DNA from: Anthoceros angustus
Lineage: Eukaryota > Plantae > Anthocerotophyta
Direction of reading: 5' to 3'
Length of the DNA stretch: 64,000 nt
Assembly: GCA_010909165.1 (NCBI GenBank)
Contig: MU008160.1
Location: forward strand, 1,054,001-1,118,000
Positions 1-10,876 of this stretch are shown here, one piece after another (position 1 is the first letter of the stretch; each line of letters opens with the position of its first letter). The notes beneath the pieces were generated by a model. That model was given only the letters and a program-made list of their open reading frames with translations. It was not told where the DNA came from and did no database searches. Made by a program: the position numbers and the translations under genes.

Positions 1-1585
1 GTGTCATCGTGATGGCACTTTGAAGCTGGCTGTTGCGTCTAATTCCTGGCGAGCAAGCAAGTAGATCACCTTAACCTATGTTTGGCAAAGCTTTTGGCAT
101 CTCTGGACTGTCTTGGCATCTCTGGACTGTCTCTGTCGAAGACATGGTACAACATGTTAGAGGTAGCTTGGTGGGGCCAGTAACTAGATTGAAATTTGTG
201 TGGTGGGTATATCCATGAAGATCTTCATTTAGTTCCCATGCTGAAAACGCTTAGAGACTCTGGTCGGATGACGTCCTGGTAACAAACAGGTGAGTTTTAT
301 GAAGTCTTGTTGTTTTGCTCCATGTTCTGTAGTGATTTAGGTTATTGAAACGTGTAGATCATCTACCAAGATTGCTGGTGAGGCAGACTTACACACACAG
401 ACCTATTGGGTGTATGCAGTCTTTGGGATTACACACCTTCAAAGATGCATCAATCAATACTAAAACCTTTGTTCATTTTCCACTCCAAGTCTTGGACCAG
501 TGAGAAGCCCATTTCAGGCCAATGTGGAAAGCTTCTTCGGCTTGTAGAAATATCAGATCCGTGGCTTGTAGAAATATCAGATCCGTGGAACTGTGGCAGT
601 CACTGCACATCCGTAGATTCTTTGTCACCAGGAGAGGTGTGCCACTCAGGGTGTTGAAGAGACCATACTCCAGAGCTAGCTTCTCAGCATGACCGCAAAG
701 CATTAATACCTTGTTTTCTTTAGCAGAAGCCTACCTCTTTGCACAGCTAGTTGAGCTGAAAGATGCCTCCCAGAAAAGATGCAATCTACCTCAGAGTATA
801 CACTCATTTTCCCATTTACTTGTACTGTTAACACTACTGTCACCTGTGATCCCCTGTCACCCTCCATCGTCTGACACTCTCGTTGTGCTCACAGAGTCCT
901 GTGCATTCATGGCGTAGTGGGAGGCTCCAAGTAAGTTGCCTCTTGTTGCCAGGTTTCCTCCAGCCAAACAAGCACCATTGCATGTACTTCAGAGATATGG
1001 ACAGCGTACTTTAAACGTTTTCAGTTGCATCTTCTTGTTCAGATGGTAAAGGATAGGACTTGAATAACCGTTTACTTGTCTGTTGCCTGTTTGTTGTGGT
1101 TGTGTAGCTTTGCTCAGATATACAAGGATGTCAGGGCAGCAGTTGATCTGTGTCATCGTGATGGCACTTTGAAGCTGGCTGTTGCGTCTAATTCTGGCGA
1201 GCAAGCAAGTAGATCACCTTAACCTATGTTTGGCAAAGCTTTTTGGCATCTCTGGACTGTCTTGGCATCTCTGGACTGTCTCTGTCGAAGACATGGTACA
1301 ACATGTTAGAGGTAGCTTGGTGGGGCCAGTAACTAGATTGAAATTTGTGTGGTGGGTATATCCACGAAGATCCACATTTAGTTCCCATGCTGAAAACGCT
1401 TAGAGACTCTGGTCGGATGACGTCCTGGTAACAAACAGGTGAGTTTTATGAAGTCTTGTTGTTTTGCTCCATGTTCTGTAGTGATTTAGGTTATTGAAAC
1501 GTGTAGATCATCTACCAAGATTGCTGGTGAGGCAGACTTACACACACAGACCTATTGGGTGTATGCAGTCTTTGGGATTATACAC
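1..1585 (+). repeat. Direct duplication: 1-~434 repeated at 1150-~1585
   Basis: Near-identical sequence from gtgtcatcgtgatggcactttg to gtctttgggatta(c/t)acac at both positions, offset 1149 bp. Confidence 0.95.
541..703 (-). pseudogene. Truncated DYW:KP-type deaminase-domain fragment inserted antisense in the nucleotidase pseudogene
   Basis: ORF 473-703 reads LCGHAEKLALEYGLFNTLSGTPLLVTKNLRMCSDCHSST, a paralog of 5146-5403. It breaks at a 24-bp tandem duplication (541-564/565-588). Confidence 0.85.
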
Positions 1586-1886
1586 ATGAGGTGATGAATT
1601 AGGTGTTCGGCAAAAGTGGCGCAAGTGTTGGTAATCCCCGAGATGACAAGTGGCTAAATTACTTCGATCTTGTGATCTCTGGCAGGTTCTAACCTCCTCA
1701 CCATATTGACATGGCTTTTACATTCCTCGGGTGAGAGTCCTTGAGGACCACCAGAACTGGTCTGATATATGCTTCTATCCTAGGAACTTGTCGATCTCAA
1801 GTTTGAATCTGACTGCCTTGCTGATTACTTATGACAATGCACATTCCAGTGCTAAACCTGCCTTCTTCATGGATGGTACTCGAGCT

Positions 1887-3980
1887 TCTCTTGTTGAAGT
1901 CGATATAAACACAGGAATGCTCTGAAACAGTGAGAACAGCACTCCTATGGTTATCAGGTCTGTCTATATGACGGCCCTGGATGCAGTCGCGGAGATGGTC
2001 TACCGTCTGAAGCAATGCTTGATGCAGGTCAGTGATATTGCATCTTATTATCAGTGGCAGTCTCAGGATGAAACTAGTCAGGCCTGCAGAGTATTTCAGG
2101 CAAGTGGTTTGCGCTATAGTGTGCATGGGTTCCATCATTTACTATGGGTCCTCGTCAGATTGCAAGTAGCACAGTCCACAATATTCTTGGCAATGCTGTC
2201 ATCAGGGTGGAAGTGTGGGACACCTTCACAGACTGCTGGGCATTGAGGCAGGGGAAAAGGTGCTCGCCCAACTGAAAGTTGTTGCAATATTTATTTGCTT
2301 GTATTCACATTTTCACATCTAATGAGTGCAGTTTGTTGGCAGGTCCCCATGTTGGAGACCACATTTGTGGGATATTTTGCGGATCAAGAAGCAGCTGGGT
2401 AAGATGTTGCTTTCTCCATTCACTTACGACATAGTTCTTTGATCGCAACCATCTCTTGATAAGTAATAAGCTGGCTCATCAAGCGCCTCTCATGCAGGTT
2501 GGAGGACTATGCTTGTGGTGCCTGAGCTTGCACAAGAGCTTGAGCTGTTGCAACAGACAGCTGCTGTTCGTAAGGTGTGACTCTCTTGTTGAAGTCGATA
2601 TAAACACAGGAATGCTCTGAAACAGTGAGAACAGCACTCCTATGGTTATCAGGTCTGTCTATATGACGGTCCTGGATGCAGTCGCGGAGATGGTCTACTG
2701 ATCTGAAGCAATGCTTGATGCAGGTCAGTGATATTGCATCTTATTATCAGTGGCAGTCTCAGGATGAAACTAGTCAGGCCTGCAGAGTATTTCAGGCAAG
2801 TGGTTTGCGCTATAGTGTGCATGGGTTCCATCATTTACTATGGGTCCTCGTCAGATTGCAAGTAGCACAGTCCACAATATTCTTGGCAATGCTGTCATCA
2901 GGGTGGAAGTGTGGGACACCTTCACAGACTGCTGGGCATTGAGGCAGGGGAAAAGGTGCTCGCCCAACTGAAAGTTGTTGCAATATTTATTTGCTTGTAT
3001 TCACATTTTCACATCTACTGAGTGCAGTTTGTTGGCAGGTCCCCATGTTGGAGACCACATTTGTGGGATATTTTGCGGATCAAGAAGCAGCTGGGTAAGA
3101 TGTTGCTTTCTCCATTCACTTACGACATAGTTCTTTGATCGCAACCATCTCTTGATAAGTAATAAGCTGGCTCATCAAGCGCCTCTCATGCAGGTTGGAG
3201 GACTATGCTTGTGGTGCCTGAGCTTGCACAAGAGCTTGAGCTGTTGCAACAGACAGCTGCTGTTCGTAAGGTGTGACTCTCTTGTTGAAGTCGATATAAA
3301 CACAGGAATGCTCTGAAACAGTGAGAACAGCACTCCTATGGTTATCAGGTCTGTCTATATGACGGCCCTGGATGCAGTCGCGGAGATGGTCTACCGTCTG
3401 AAGCAATGCTTGATGCAGGTCAGTGATATTGCATCTTATTATCAGTGGCAGTCTCAGGATGAAACTAGTCAGGCCTGCAGAGTATTTCAGGCAAGTGGTT
3501 TGCGCTATAGTGTGCATGGGTTCCATCATTTACTATGGGTCCTCGTCAGATTGCAAGTAGCACAGTCCACAATATTCTTGGCAATGCTGTCATCAGGGTG
3601 GAAGTGTGGGACACCTTCACAGACTGCTGGGCATTGAGGCAGGGGAAAAGGTGCTCGCCCAACTGAAAGTTGTTGCAATATTTATTTGCTTGTATTCACA
3701 TTTTCACATCTACTGAGTGCAGTTTGTTGGCAGGTCCCCCATGTTGGAGGCCACATTTGTGAAAATACCTTGCGGATCAAGAAGCAGCTGGGTAAGATGT
3801 TGCTTTCTCCATTCACTTACGACATAGTTCTTTGATCGCAACCATCTCTTGGTAAGTAATAAGCTGGCTCATCAAGCGCCTCTCATGCAGGTCGGAGGAC
3901 TATGCTTGTGGTGCCTGAGCTTGCACAAGAGCTTGAGCTGTTGCAACAGACAGCTGCTGTTCGTAAGGTGTGACTCTCTT
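1887..3980 (+). repeat. Three-copy ~696-bp tandem repeat containing nucleotidase exons
   Basis: Units start at 1887, 2582 and 3278 (tctcttgttgaagtcgatataaac). The ORF track repeats the same peptides, and the junctions share TCTCTT microhomology. Confidence 0.95.
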
Positions 3981-5145
3981 TGTCCAGCCATCATTCTAGA
4001 CATAGATTCGCTGCCCCGGACTGGCTCATTTTCGTCGTCGTATTTCCATCTTGTGGTGCATGTAGGAAATTTGGGAACTGCGACAGGAGAGGGATGGGTT
4101 TGAAGATACCTTACATCGCTTGGAATGGGCTCTGATGTATGCCAATGTATTCTACACGGATAGTGTCAGCTCCAAGCTGTAGCTTTTACAGACATGACTT
4201 AAGTGGCTGCTGAATCTTTGTTGCGTAAAACAAATGCCCTAACTCTTCGAGTGCCCCAACAGATTTGACGGCTATTCGGAGGAAGAACGTGAGAAAATGT
4301 CTTCTGAATTGTATGCTTTGCAGGTGACCTTCTCGCGAGACATCTTGCACTTGCCATACATGTGTTCCAAGCAACTTAGTTCGTTGGTGGGTCCTCTTAT
4401 CTATTGTGCATGACACTTTCAGGACAAAAGAGGTCAAGTCCGTGAATCACATCGGGAAGCTCAAAGAGAATGTAATCGCCTGGTAGGTGCTGCAAATTCT
4501 GGCCCAATGTTATTCCTTTTCTTCTGACGTCAAGATCTGGTAATAAAAACAGTTTCACAAGACATGGGGTCAGCTCATGAGGGCAGGATATCAAAATTCT
4601 CGGTTCGCTCACTAGGTGGGGATAGTCCTCCCTCTCCCTCCTCCTTTCCTCCTGTCCGCATTTTCCTTTGCCTCCAAGTTTAGCTCTCACTGTCATGATT
4701 TGAACATATTACAAATACTGGAAATGTGCAGGTGGCGAGGTTTGCTTGCCTCTATGCGAGTAATGTGACAAACTTGTGCCACTATTCACCGGACAAGAGC
4801 TACGGGACGACCGAAGATTGTATGCCACATGACCTGATCAGAGAGCCCTAAGAATCGGAGGGTCTGGATATCGGCACAACCACCCATGGCGGAGACTCTC
4901 GGCCTCCGGTGCTGGAGCTGCTCTCCACACTCTCACTGGACTGAGAATTAGCCCAAGGCCGAATCCGGCCTCGGGCTAATTAAGTTTGTCGAAGATATCC
5001 GTTTCATAGAAAATATGACTCAAGGATACTTGCACTTCAGGAAGACACAGTCTGCACCACACCTTCCTTGGTCTGTCATTTCTTCACGATTTCTGCTTTG
5101 GACACCACTAAGCTGTGCACGATCCAGCAGATTTCTTCTTCAATC

Positions 5146-5995
5146 TCACGGTCGACCCTTACTACTGCAACCACCATCTGCAAACCGATGCACACGGTAC
5201 CCATCCCTTACAATGTCTCCCTTTTCAACCCTTGACATGATCTCGGTGGAACTATGGCAGTCACTGCACATGCGTAGATTCTTCGTTACCTGCAGAGGTG
5301 TGCCACTCGGAGTGTTCAAGAGAGCATACGCCAGAGCTAGCTTCTCAGCGTGCCCAGAAAGAGCATCTTCCTTTTCCTTCTCAGACACTGGCTTCAAAAC
5401 CAATCTGTGTGCGTGGTACGTGGCCCCCTTCCTGCTTCAAACGTGCATTCGTGCTCTCTACCTCGAGCGCAAAATCAATCTCTGTTGTGTCCCACCACAA
5501 ATGTATGTACCTGCTTCTTCACCTCAATGCCCGCCACTGCTTAGCTCTCTATCCTGTCTACAGCGGTCCACATACCTGCATCTGCATAGGCATTCGCCAT
5601 CAGCACATATGCGGATGCCTGCTGAGGCTCCAGTCTAACAAGGCTTTCAAAACACCGAGTCGCCCTCTCTGTATCCCCGTAGCTATTGCAGGCATTCAGC
5701 AGAGACCTCAACCCCACAACATCACTTTCGCCCTCACATGATAATAGGATGTTCTCTGCCTCATCTAGATGGCCTGCACGCCCAAGTACATCAATCATGC
5801 AACTATACTGCTTCATAGTAGGCTTCATGCCATACTGTTCAACCATGGAATTGAAGTGCTTCCTACCCTCACTCACCAGTCCCTCGTGACTGCATGCTCC
5901 TGAAAGTGGCATCCTCAGGCTGAATACCAACATCTCAAGACAAGCTAGCGCCTTGTGACCAGATATCACAGCATTCCATGTCACAACATCCTTTG
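5146..5995 (-). pseudogene. PLS-class PPR-E1-E2-DYW gene of the DYW:KP 'GRP' type (candidate U-to-C organellar editing factor family); 5'-truncated and disrupted
   Basis: PPR/E motifs (ACSHEGLVSEG..F.SM, YSCMIDVLGRAGHLDEA, AYVLMANAY) are followed by stop, AVAGIEVKKQVHTFVVG, two frameshifts, then HAEKLA...KNLRMCSDCH...RDGYRVHRFADGGCSSKGRP*. Confidence 0.9.
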
Positions 5996-6689
5996 TGGCC
6001 CAGCTGAAACCGACTTGCGCCCTTGCTTAACTCGACTTGTGCGCTTAAATTTTTGTAAATATTTTATTAAAATGCTACAGAACATGTACTAGCCCGTCGC
6101 CGTTTAAACCGGCACCTCTCATTGTTGTCCTTTTAATGTTGAGAAATTGTGACTCTGGGCTCTGGACTCCAGGACTGCATTGCTTAGGAATGATTAGTGT
6201 TGTGACAGGGTAAGTGTTTCTAGTTTGAAGTTCGTCTGATCGCCATGGCCCCGAGAGGTTGTGACTTCGTGGTGTGTAACTACCCGCACCACAACCATCA
6301 TCCGGCGGCTCACCACTCGCATCCAGCTACCCACCATGAGTCGCACCACCCTGGGTGGGTGGTGGGGCCTTCTTCACGTTTCTGCTCTAATCTGTGTTTC
6401 TGGTTGTGTTAATCTTAGCAGCATGTTGTCAGAGATCTTCGTTAAACCGGCAGAGAAAGCAACTGTCTACTCCTGTCAGCTTTCTTAGCTTTGTGAGATT
6501 GATACTCTTTGAGATGTTATAGCGTGAAAGCAAAGAACAGGTTGAACAAGAAAAGGTATGCTCTAAAGCTCTCTTTCTACCCACAAAACTGGGCTACCGG
6601 CGCACAGAATGAGAATGAGACTGGCATCTCAAACCTGGAAGAAATACAATGCTGGGCAATTTTGGTGTCGTGGGCGGATGTCCGGCTTA

Positions 6690-7864
6690 TCAAGACCTCT
6701 CTAACAAGCCTTTGACATAAACCATGCCCTTCTCCATCAAAGCAAGCTCCTTCCGCAGCAGGTCCACCTGTTCGTCATCCCCTTGCACAATGACATCGGT
6801 GGAGGTCTCGTCATCGGCAATGAGCATCTTCACCTTGATCTGCTCCTTCCTGGAAGCTCTTGTCCAGTAGTAGGCGCCTCTGTACCGCCCACAGCAACAG
6901 GTGAGCAGCTTCCAAGCCTTGAGAGGAACAGCAGCGTGGGGAAAGGGGAGTGACTTACGCGAGAGGACTGAGAGCAATCACAGAGTACCACTTCTCTCCA
7001 ACATCAGGCACGGTGATGCTGAGCACCAGGGCAACGCTAGCCAGACTGACTGCGGTACAGAATGTGAGGAAAGCTGCTTGCCCCCTGCTGGGCACCATGT
7101 TGCCCTCGAACCTGGAAGAGAGAACAGGCAATCAATCCATGACGTTGCCTGACATGTGCAACGGAAGGGAATGCACAATGAAAATGCCCATTACATCATG
7201 TCGAAGGATTCTGCAACTCACACAACAGTCTCTCCTCTGTCAGTGACAACAAAGTTGTTCCGGGTGAAGAAGGAGGTGATCTCGCCTGCTATCTGGCTGG
7301 GAGCCTTCCCGCTCTCCACAGCAGGCCCAGGCACATTGAACGTCTTCTTCACCACCTGCACCCACAACCCACCAGCATCCCATGCAACATTCATCTCCAC
7401 CCAGCATTGTTCCCTTCCTTCCATCCTTCCTCACTCACTCACATCCAATCCAATCCAATCCAATCCAGAACAGAGCCTCCAACCTTGGACTTGGCGGACC
7501 GCTTGATGAGAGACCACAACCCCGGCAGAGAGACGAGAAAGAGCCCCAAGGACGTGTAGTAGCTTGCTTGCGAGTACCCTCCTTCCTCCGCAATCAGAGG
7601 GTACACAAGAGGAGCCACGCTTAAGAGAGAGGTCACATTCGGCCCTGGCGACCTGGCTCCTCCGGCATGCCACCTGCTCTCAGGCTTCCCCTCTTCCTGC
7701 TCCTCTTGGCTCCTGGCCATGGACATCACCCGCACCCTCTTCCAGCTCCTGCTGCTCCTGCTCCTGGGCAGGGCCAGCCGGGGACAGTCATAGCACCCCA
7801 AGGGCAGCCCGCATTGCGCCAGGCAAGCGACTCCCGCCCCAGCCACAGCCATGGTTCCCGCCAT
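6690..7864 (-). CDS. CCB1: Cofactor assembly of complex C subunit B CCB1 (cytochrome b6 heme ci attachment), chloroplast; 4 exons (~7484-7864, ~7221-7355, ~6958-7110, 6690-~6877)
   Basis: GYSQASYYTSLGLFLVSLPGLWSLIKRS; QIAGEITSFFTRNNF..DRGET; FEGNMVPSRGQAAFLTFCT; YYWTRASRKEQIKVKM...QGDDEQV..KGMVYVKGLLERS*. Transit-peptide-like N-terminus and GT-AG introns. Confidence 0.92.
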
Positions 7865-8153
7865 GCCTCCAGCCCCGCACAGACATTCCAGCTCAATCCT
7901 GCTCCATTTCTGAAAACCGCCTGGCAGCTCCTCAGACATACACTCCGTTCACACATATTACCGAAGCTTATCATCTTTCCACAAATCTCCATAATCACAT
8001 GCCCAGGGCTATGTAGTATGTATAGAGCCAGGAGGGCGAGGCTGGATTCGCAAATTCCTGTGGGCGATATTAGAAGGGGTAAGTAAAGGAGGCAGGACGG
8101 GAAGGGCGTGAAGGAGGCGGCAGCAGCGCCCTGTCCCCCATCGCGTCTCCGGA

Positions 8154-9230
8154 ATGGGGCTGCCTGTGGCAAGCCGGGGCGATGGGGGCGGGGCGGAGGT
8201 CGTGGGCTTGCAGCCGGTGGCGCTGGTGGACCATGTGGCACGGGTGGGCATGGCGGTGCTGGAGGCGGTGCCCGGGGAGCATGGGGGCAGCGTGCGCGTG
8301 AGCCGGGAGGAGTTGGAGCGCATTCTGGAGGGCGTGAGGGGCCAGGGGGAGCAGGCGGTGCGGACGCTGGCGGGCGGGAGCGTGGCCAACACGATCCGGG
8401 GCCTGGCGGGGCTCGGGGTGCGCTGCGGCCTGGTGGGCGCTAGAGGGGACGACGCCTGCGGGGACATGTTCGCGGCCGCCATGGCCGTCTGCAAGGTCGG
8501 GCTGCAGAATCTGCGCGTCGGGCGCGGCCCCACGGGGCAATGTGCCTGCCTGGTGGACGATGCCGGGGGCCGCACCATGCGGCCGTGCATGGCGGACGCC
8601 GTGGGGCTGGACGCCGGGGAGCTCCGGGCCGAGCACTTCAAGGGGGCCAGGTGGGTTGTGCTCAACGGGTACGGGTTCTACAGGCCCGAGCTGCTGGAGC
8701 GGGCTGCCGCGCTGGCCAAGGAGAGCGGGGTCAAGGTGTCCATGGATTTGGGCAGCTTCGAGGTCGTGCGGGCGTTCCGGCCGCGGCTGCTAGGGTTGCT
8801 GGAGAGCGGGCTTGTGGATCTGTGCTTCGCGAACGAGGACGAGGCCAGGGAGTTGATGGCGGGGCAAAAGGGTGGGCGGGGGCGAGGCGACCCCCGCCAT
8901 TGCCTCGACTTCCTGGCGGAGTTTTGTGGAATTGCCGTGGTGATGATGGGCGCGCGCGGGTGCGAGGCTCGCCGCGGGAAGGAGATGGTCCGGGTCGGGG
9001 CAATGGAGACGGTGGTGGTGGACACGACCGGGGCCGGGGATTTGTTCGCCGCGGGCTTTATCGCGGGCCTGCTGCAAGGGGGGTCCTTGGAGGAGTGTTG
9101 TAGGCTTGGATGCGCTTCTGGCGCGGCTGTGGTGAGGGATTTGGGTGGCGAGATTAAGGCAGAGGGGTGGGATTGGTTGCGGCTGCAGAGCCTCAAGACT
9201 TTGCGCAAGTTTTTTCGCTCTCTTGACTAG
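8154..9230 (+). CDS. PfkB/ribokinase-family nucleoside kinase (similar to plant PNK1-type inosine kinase), intronless, 358 aa
   Basis: VGLQPVALVDHVA, GGSVANT, FANEDEA, PfkB signature DTTGAGDLFAAGF. In-frame TGA at 8109 upstream of the ATG. Confidence 0.9.
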   Translation: MGLPVASRGDGGGAEVVGLQPVALVDHVARVGMAVLEAVPGEHGGSVRVSREELERILEGVRGQGEQAVRTLAGGSVANTIRGLAGLGVRCGLVGARGDDACGDMFAAAMAVCKVGLQNLRVGRGPTGQCACLVDDAGGRTMRPCMADAVGLDAGELRAEHFKGARWVVLNGYGFYRPELLERAAALAKESGVKVSMDLGSFEVVRAFRPRLLGLLESGLVDLCFANEDEARELMAGQKGGRGRGDPRHCLDFLAEFCGIAVVMMGARGCEARRGKEMVRVGAMETVVVDTTGAGDLFAAGFIAGLLQGGSLEECCRLGCASGAAVVRDLGGEIKAEGWDWLRLQSLKTLRKFFRSLD

Positions 9231-10876
9231 GTAGTTGGGGACTAGGGGTTAGGATTTAATAATCAGGACATTCAGACATTCCATGAGGAGGGAAGTTGTG
9301 ATGTTAGCTAGGTACTCTTCCCCTGGCTCTGGAGTGAGCCGGGGAGTAGAGGTAACGAAAATTAGAATTCTCAGGAAGGGAAGAGATGGAGGCAGTTCCA
9401 GTAACACACCAGTTCTTGTAGAGGGGAAATAAGCTTCACTCAAAAGAGCAACAAAACACTACATTAAACTCCTCTTTCAGCAGTGTACACTCAACTCCTG
9501 TCATGCCCTGTCCTACCCCGTGACATGAGCTGATTCATCAGGGGCATCAGCCTACACACCCTTCTCCTTCTGCCTTCCAGGTGGTGATACCACTTCTTCA
9601 CCAAACCATAGGGGAGATCCTTTTATATAACAATCAAAAACCAGAACTGCAAGTACTGATTGCTAAGTTTCATCTACCTTACACATCACCACCCTGAGAG
9701 ATTCAAGTTTGTTGATTAGCATCTAGGAATTACTCACCATCTACAAATTGGTGAAACATAAGAATATTGATCAGAATCTAAAATGATAATGTAAACACTG
9801 TAAAAAATGTTTCTGATTAGACTAGCATTTTATAAATTCGCCACAAATACTCGCAACCCCCAACCACCCATTCCATTGGTACATATCACAACCTCGGCCG
9901 AACATGCGTGTGTGCGCTCCAGACTTCAGGACCATGTTATATAGTCGAGATTGCCTCCCCCCTATCAAGACTATGCAGCGACCCCTGTACATAGGGCACA
10001 TTCAGGAAGAAACAAAATTATGCACGAATCAATACCGGTTTTTCAGATCAAAATACAATCACATTGCCTACTCAAGTTCGTTCATTCATTCATTCCTTCC
10101 AAAGTTAACATGCCCTATGCTCAGGAGAAGTGCAAAAAAAAGACCTTCCCACAAACAACCACCTGAGGAACACCGAACAAGCATACACTAAAGCATCATA
10201 CTAAAAAAAAATTGGATCCCTTGTAAGACCACCCTTAGTTTAAGTACTTGAAAAACCCAGCAACTGAACATTTTTCTTAGGTGCATGCATTCCAAACCAG
10301 GCCTGCAGCATCTCAGAAAGGTCAAAGACAAGGCTATAGTCCAGCATCAACAACGCCTATACCCTACCAATCCATCCTAAGCACACAGGAATCCAACATT
10401 ACCTACCATGCTTCAATCCCATTGAAAGACCCCAACAGAATCTGAGCAAGAAGGCTATGTTCTGACATACTAATCATCCAGCTAAAACAGCATCAGACTA
10501 GACAGCGCACTCCAACGTTGCTATCACAGCACGAAAGATGCATAGGAATATGGCCTGACCTTTCTAACCTGCCTGACTGGCCTCGGATAACACTAAAACA
10601 TCACCCTCAAAAAACTGTAGACTGAAAGACAAACTACAGACAACTGCCAAAAGCTTTTATCCTCTTCCCTCACGGAGAAATCTGCAAAAGTGGGATTAGC
10701 CGAAGTCCAGAAAAATCTCATCATCTTGCGGGTTAACTTCTCCTTCAAGAAAAAAAAAGCCTCTATACGAACACACTATGTATATTAAAACACTAATGAC
10801 TCCAGGAGAGATCTACGAAGCCCGTGCATCATCTTTAAACTTTTTTTCTTCGAGACATGCACATCAGCAGTGTTTA

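Larger units (their letters stand above)
1..4851 (+). pseudogene. HAD-superfamily subfamily IG (cN-II-like) 5'-nucleotidase pseudogene with internally duplicated exon blocks; 5' part lies outside the window
   Basis: Manually translated exons match the plant family: LFSLAEAYLFAQLVELKD (~711), IYKDVRAAVDLCHRDGTLK (~1118), SLWDYTHEVMN* (~1567), KWLNYFDLVISG, SAKPAFF..EVDINTGML* (~1850-1925), GGSVGHLHRLLG, VGDHI (frameshifted HAD motif), GWRTMLVVPEL, FHKTWGQLMRAGYQNSRFAH* (TAG 4613-4615), and terminal exon VARFACLYASNVTNLCHYSPDKSY...* (4732-4851). Multiple in-frame stops and frameshifts. Confidence 0.85.

Noticed and set aside
1923-4615. TGA/TAG stops in the nucleotidase gene being repaired by U-to-C editing from the neighbouring DYW:KP gene
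   Set aside because: PPR editing is organellar, the gene also has frameshifts and duplications, and C>T decay explains the stops.
6190-6240. Possible C/D box snoRNA (ATGATTA...CTGA)
   Set aside because: Imperfect C box, only ~50 nt, no terminal stem and no recognisable rRNA guide.
8009-9208. Long overlapping and antisense ORFs over the PfkB gene (likewise over the RRM, TyrRS and kinase genes)
   Set aside because: Shadow ORFs expected from high GC; no protein motifs.
9315-9351. Hairpin with partial miR408-like sequence
   Set aside because: Only a partial match, and the stem is too short for a precursor.
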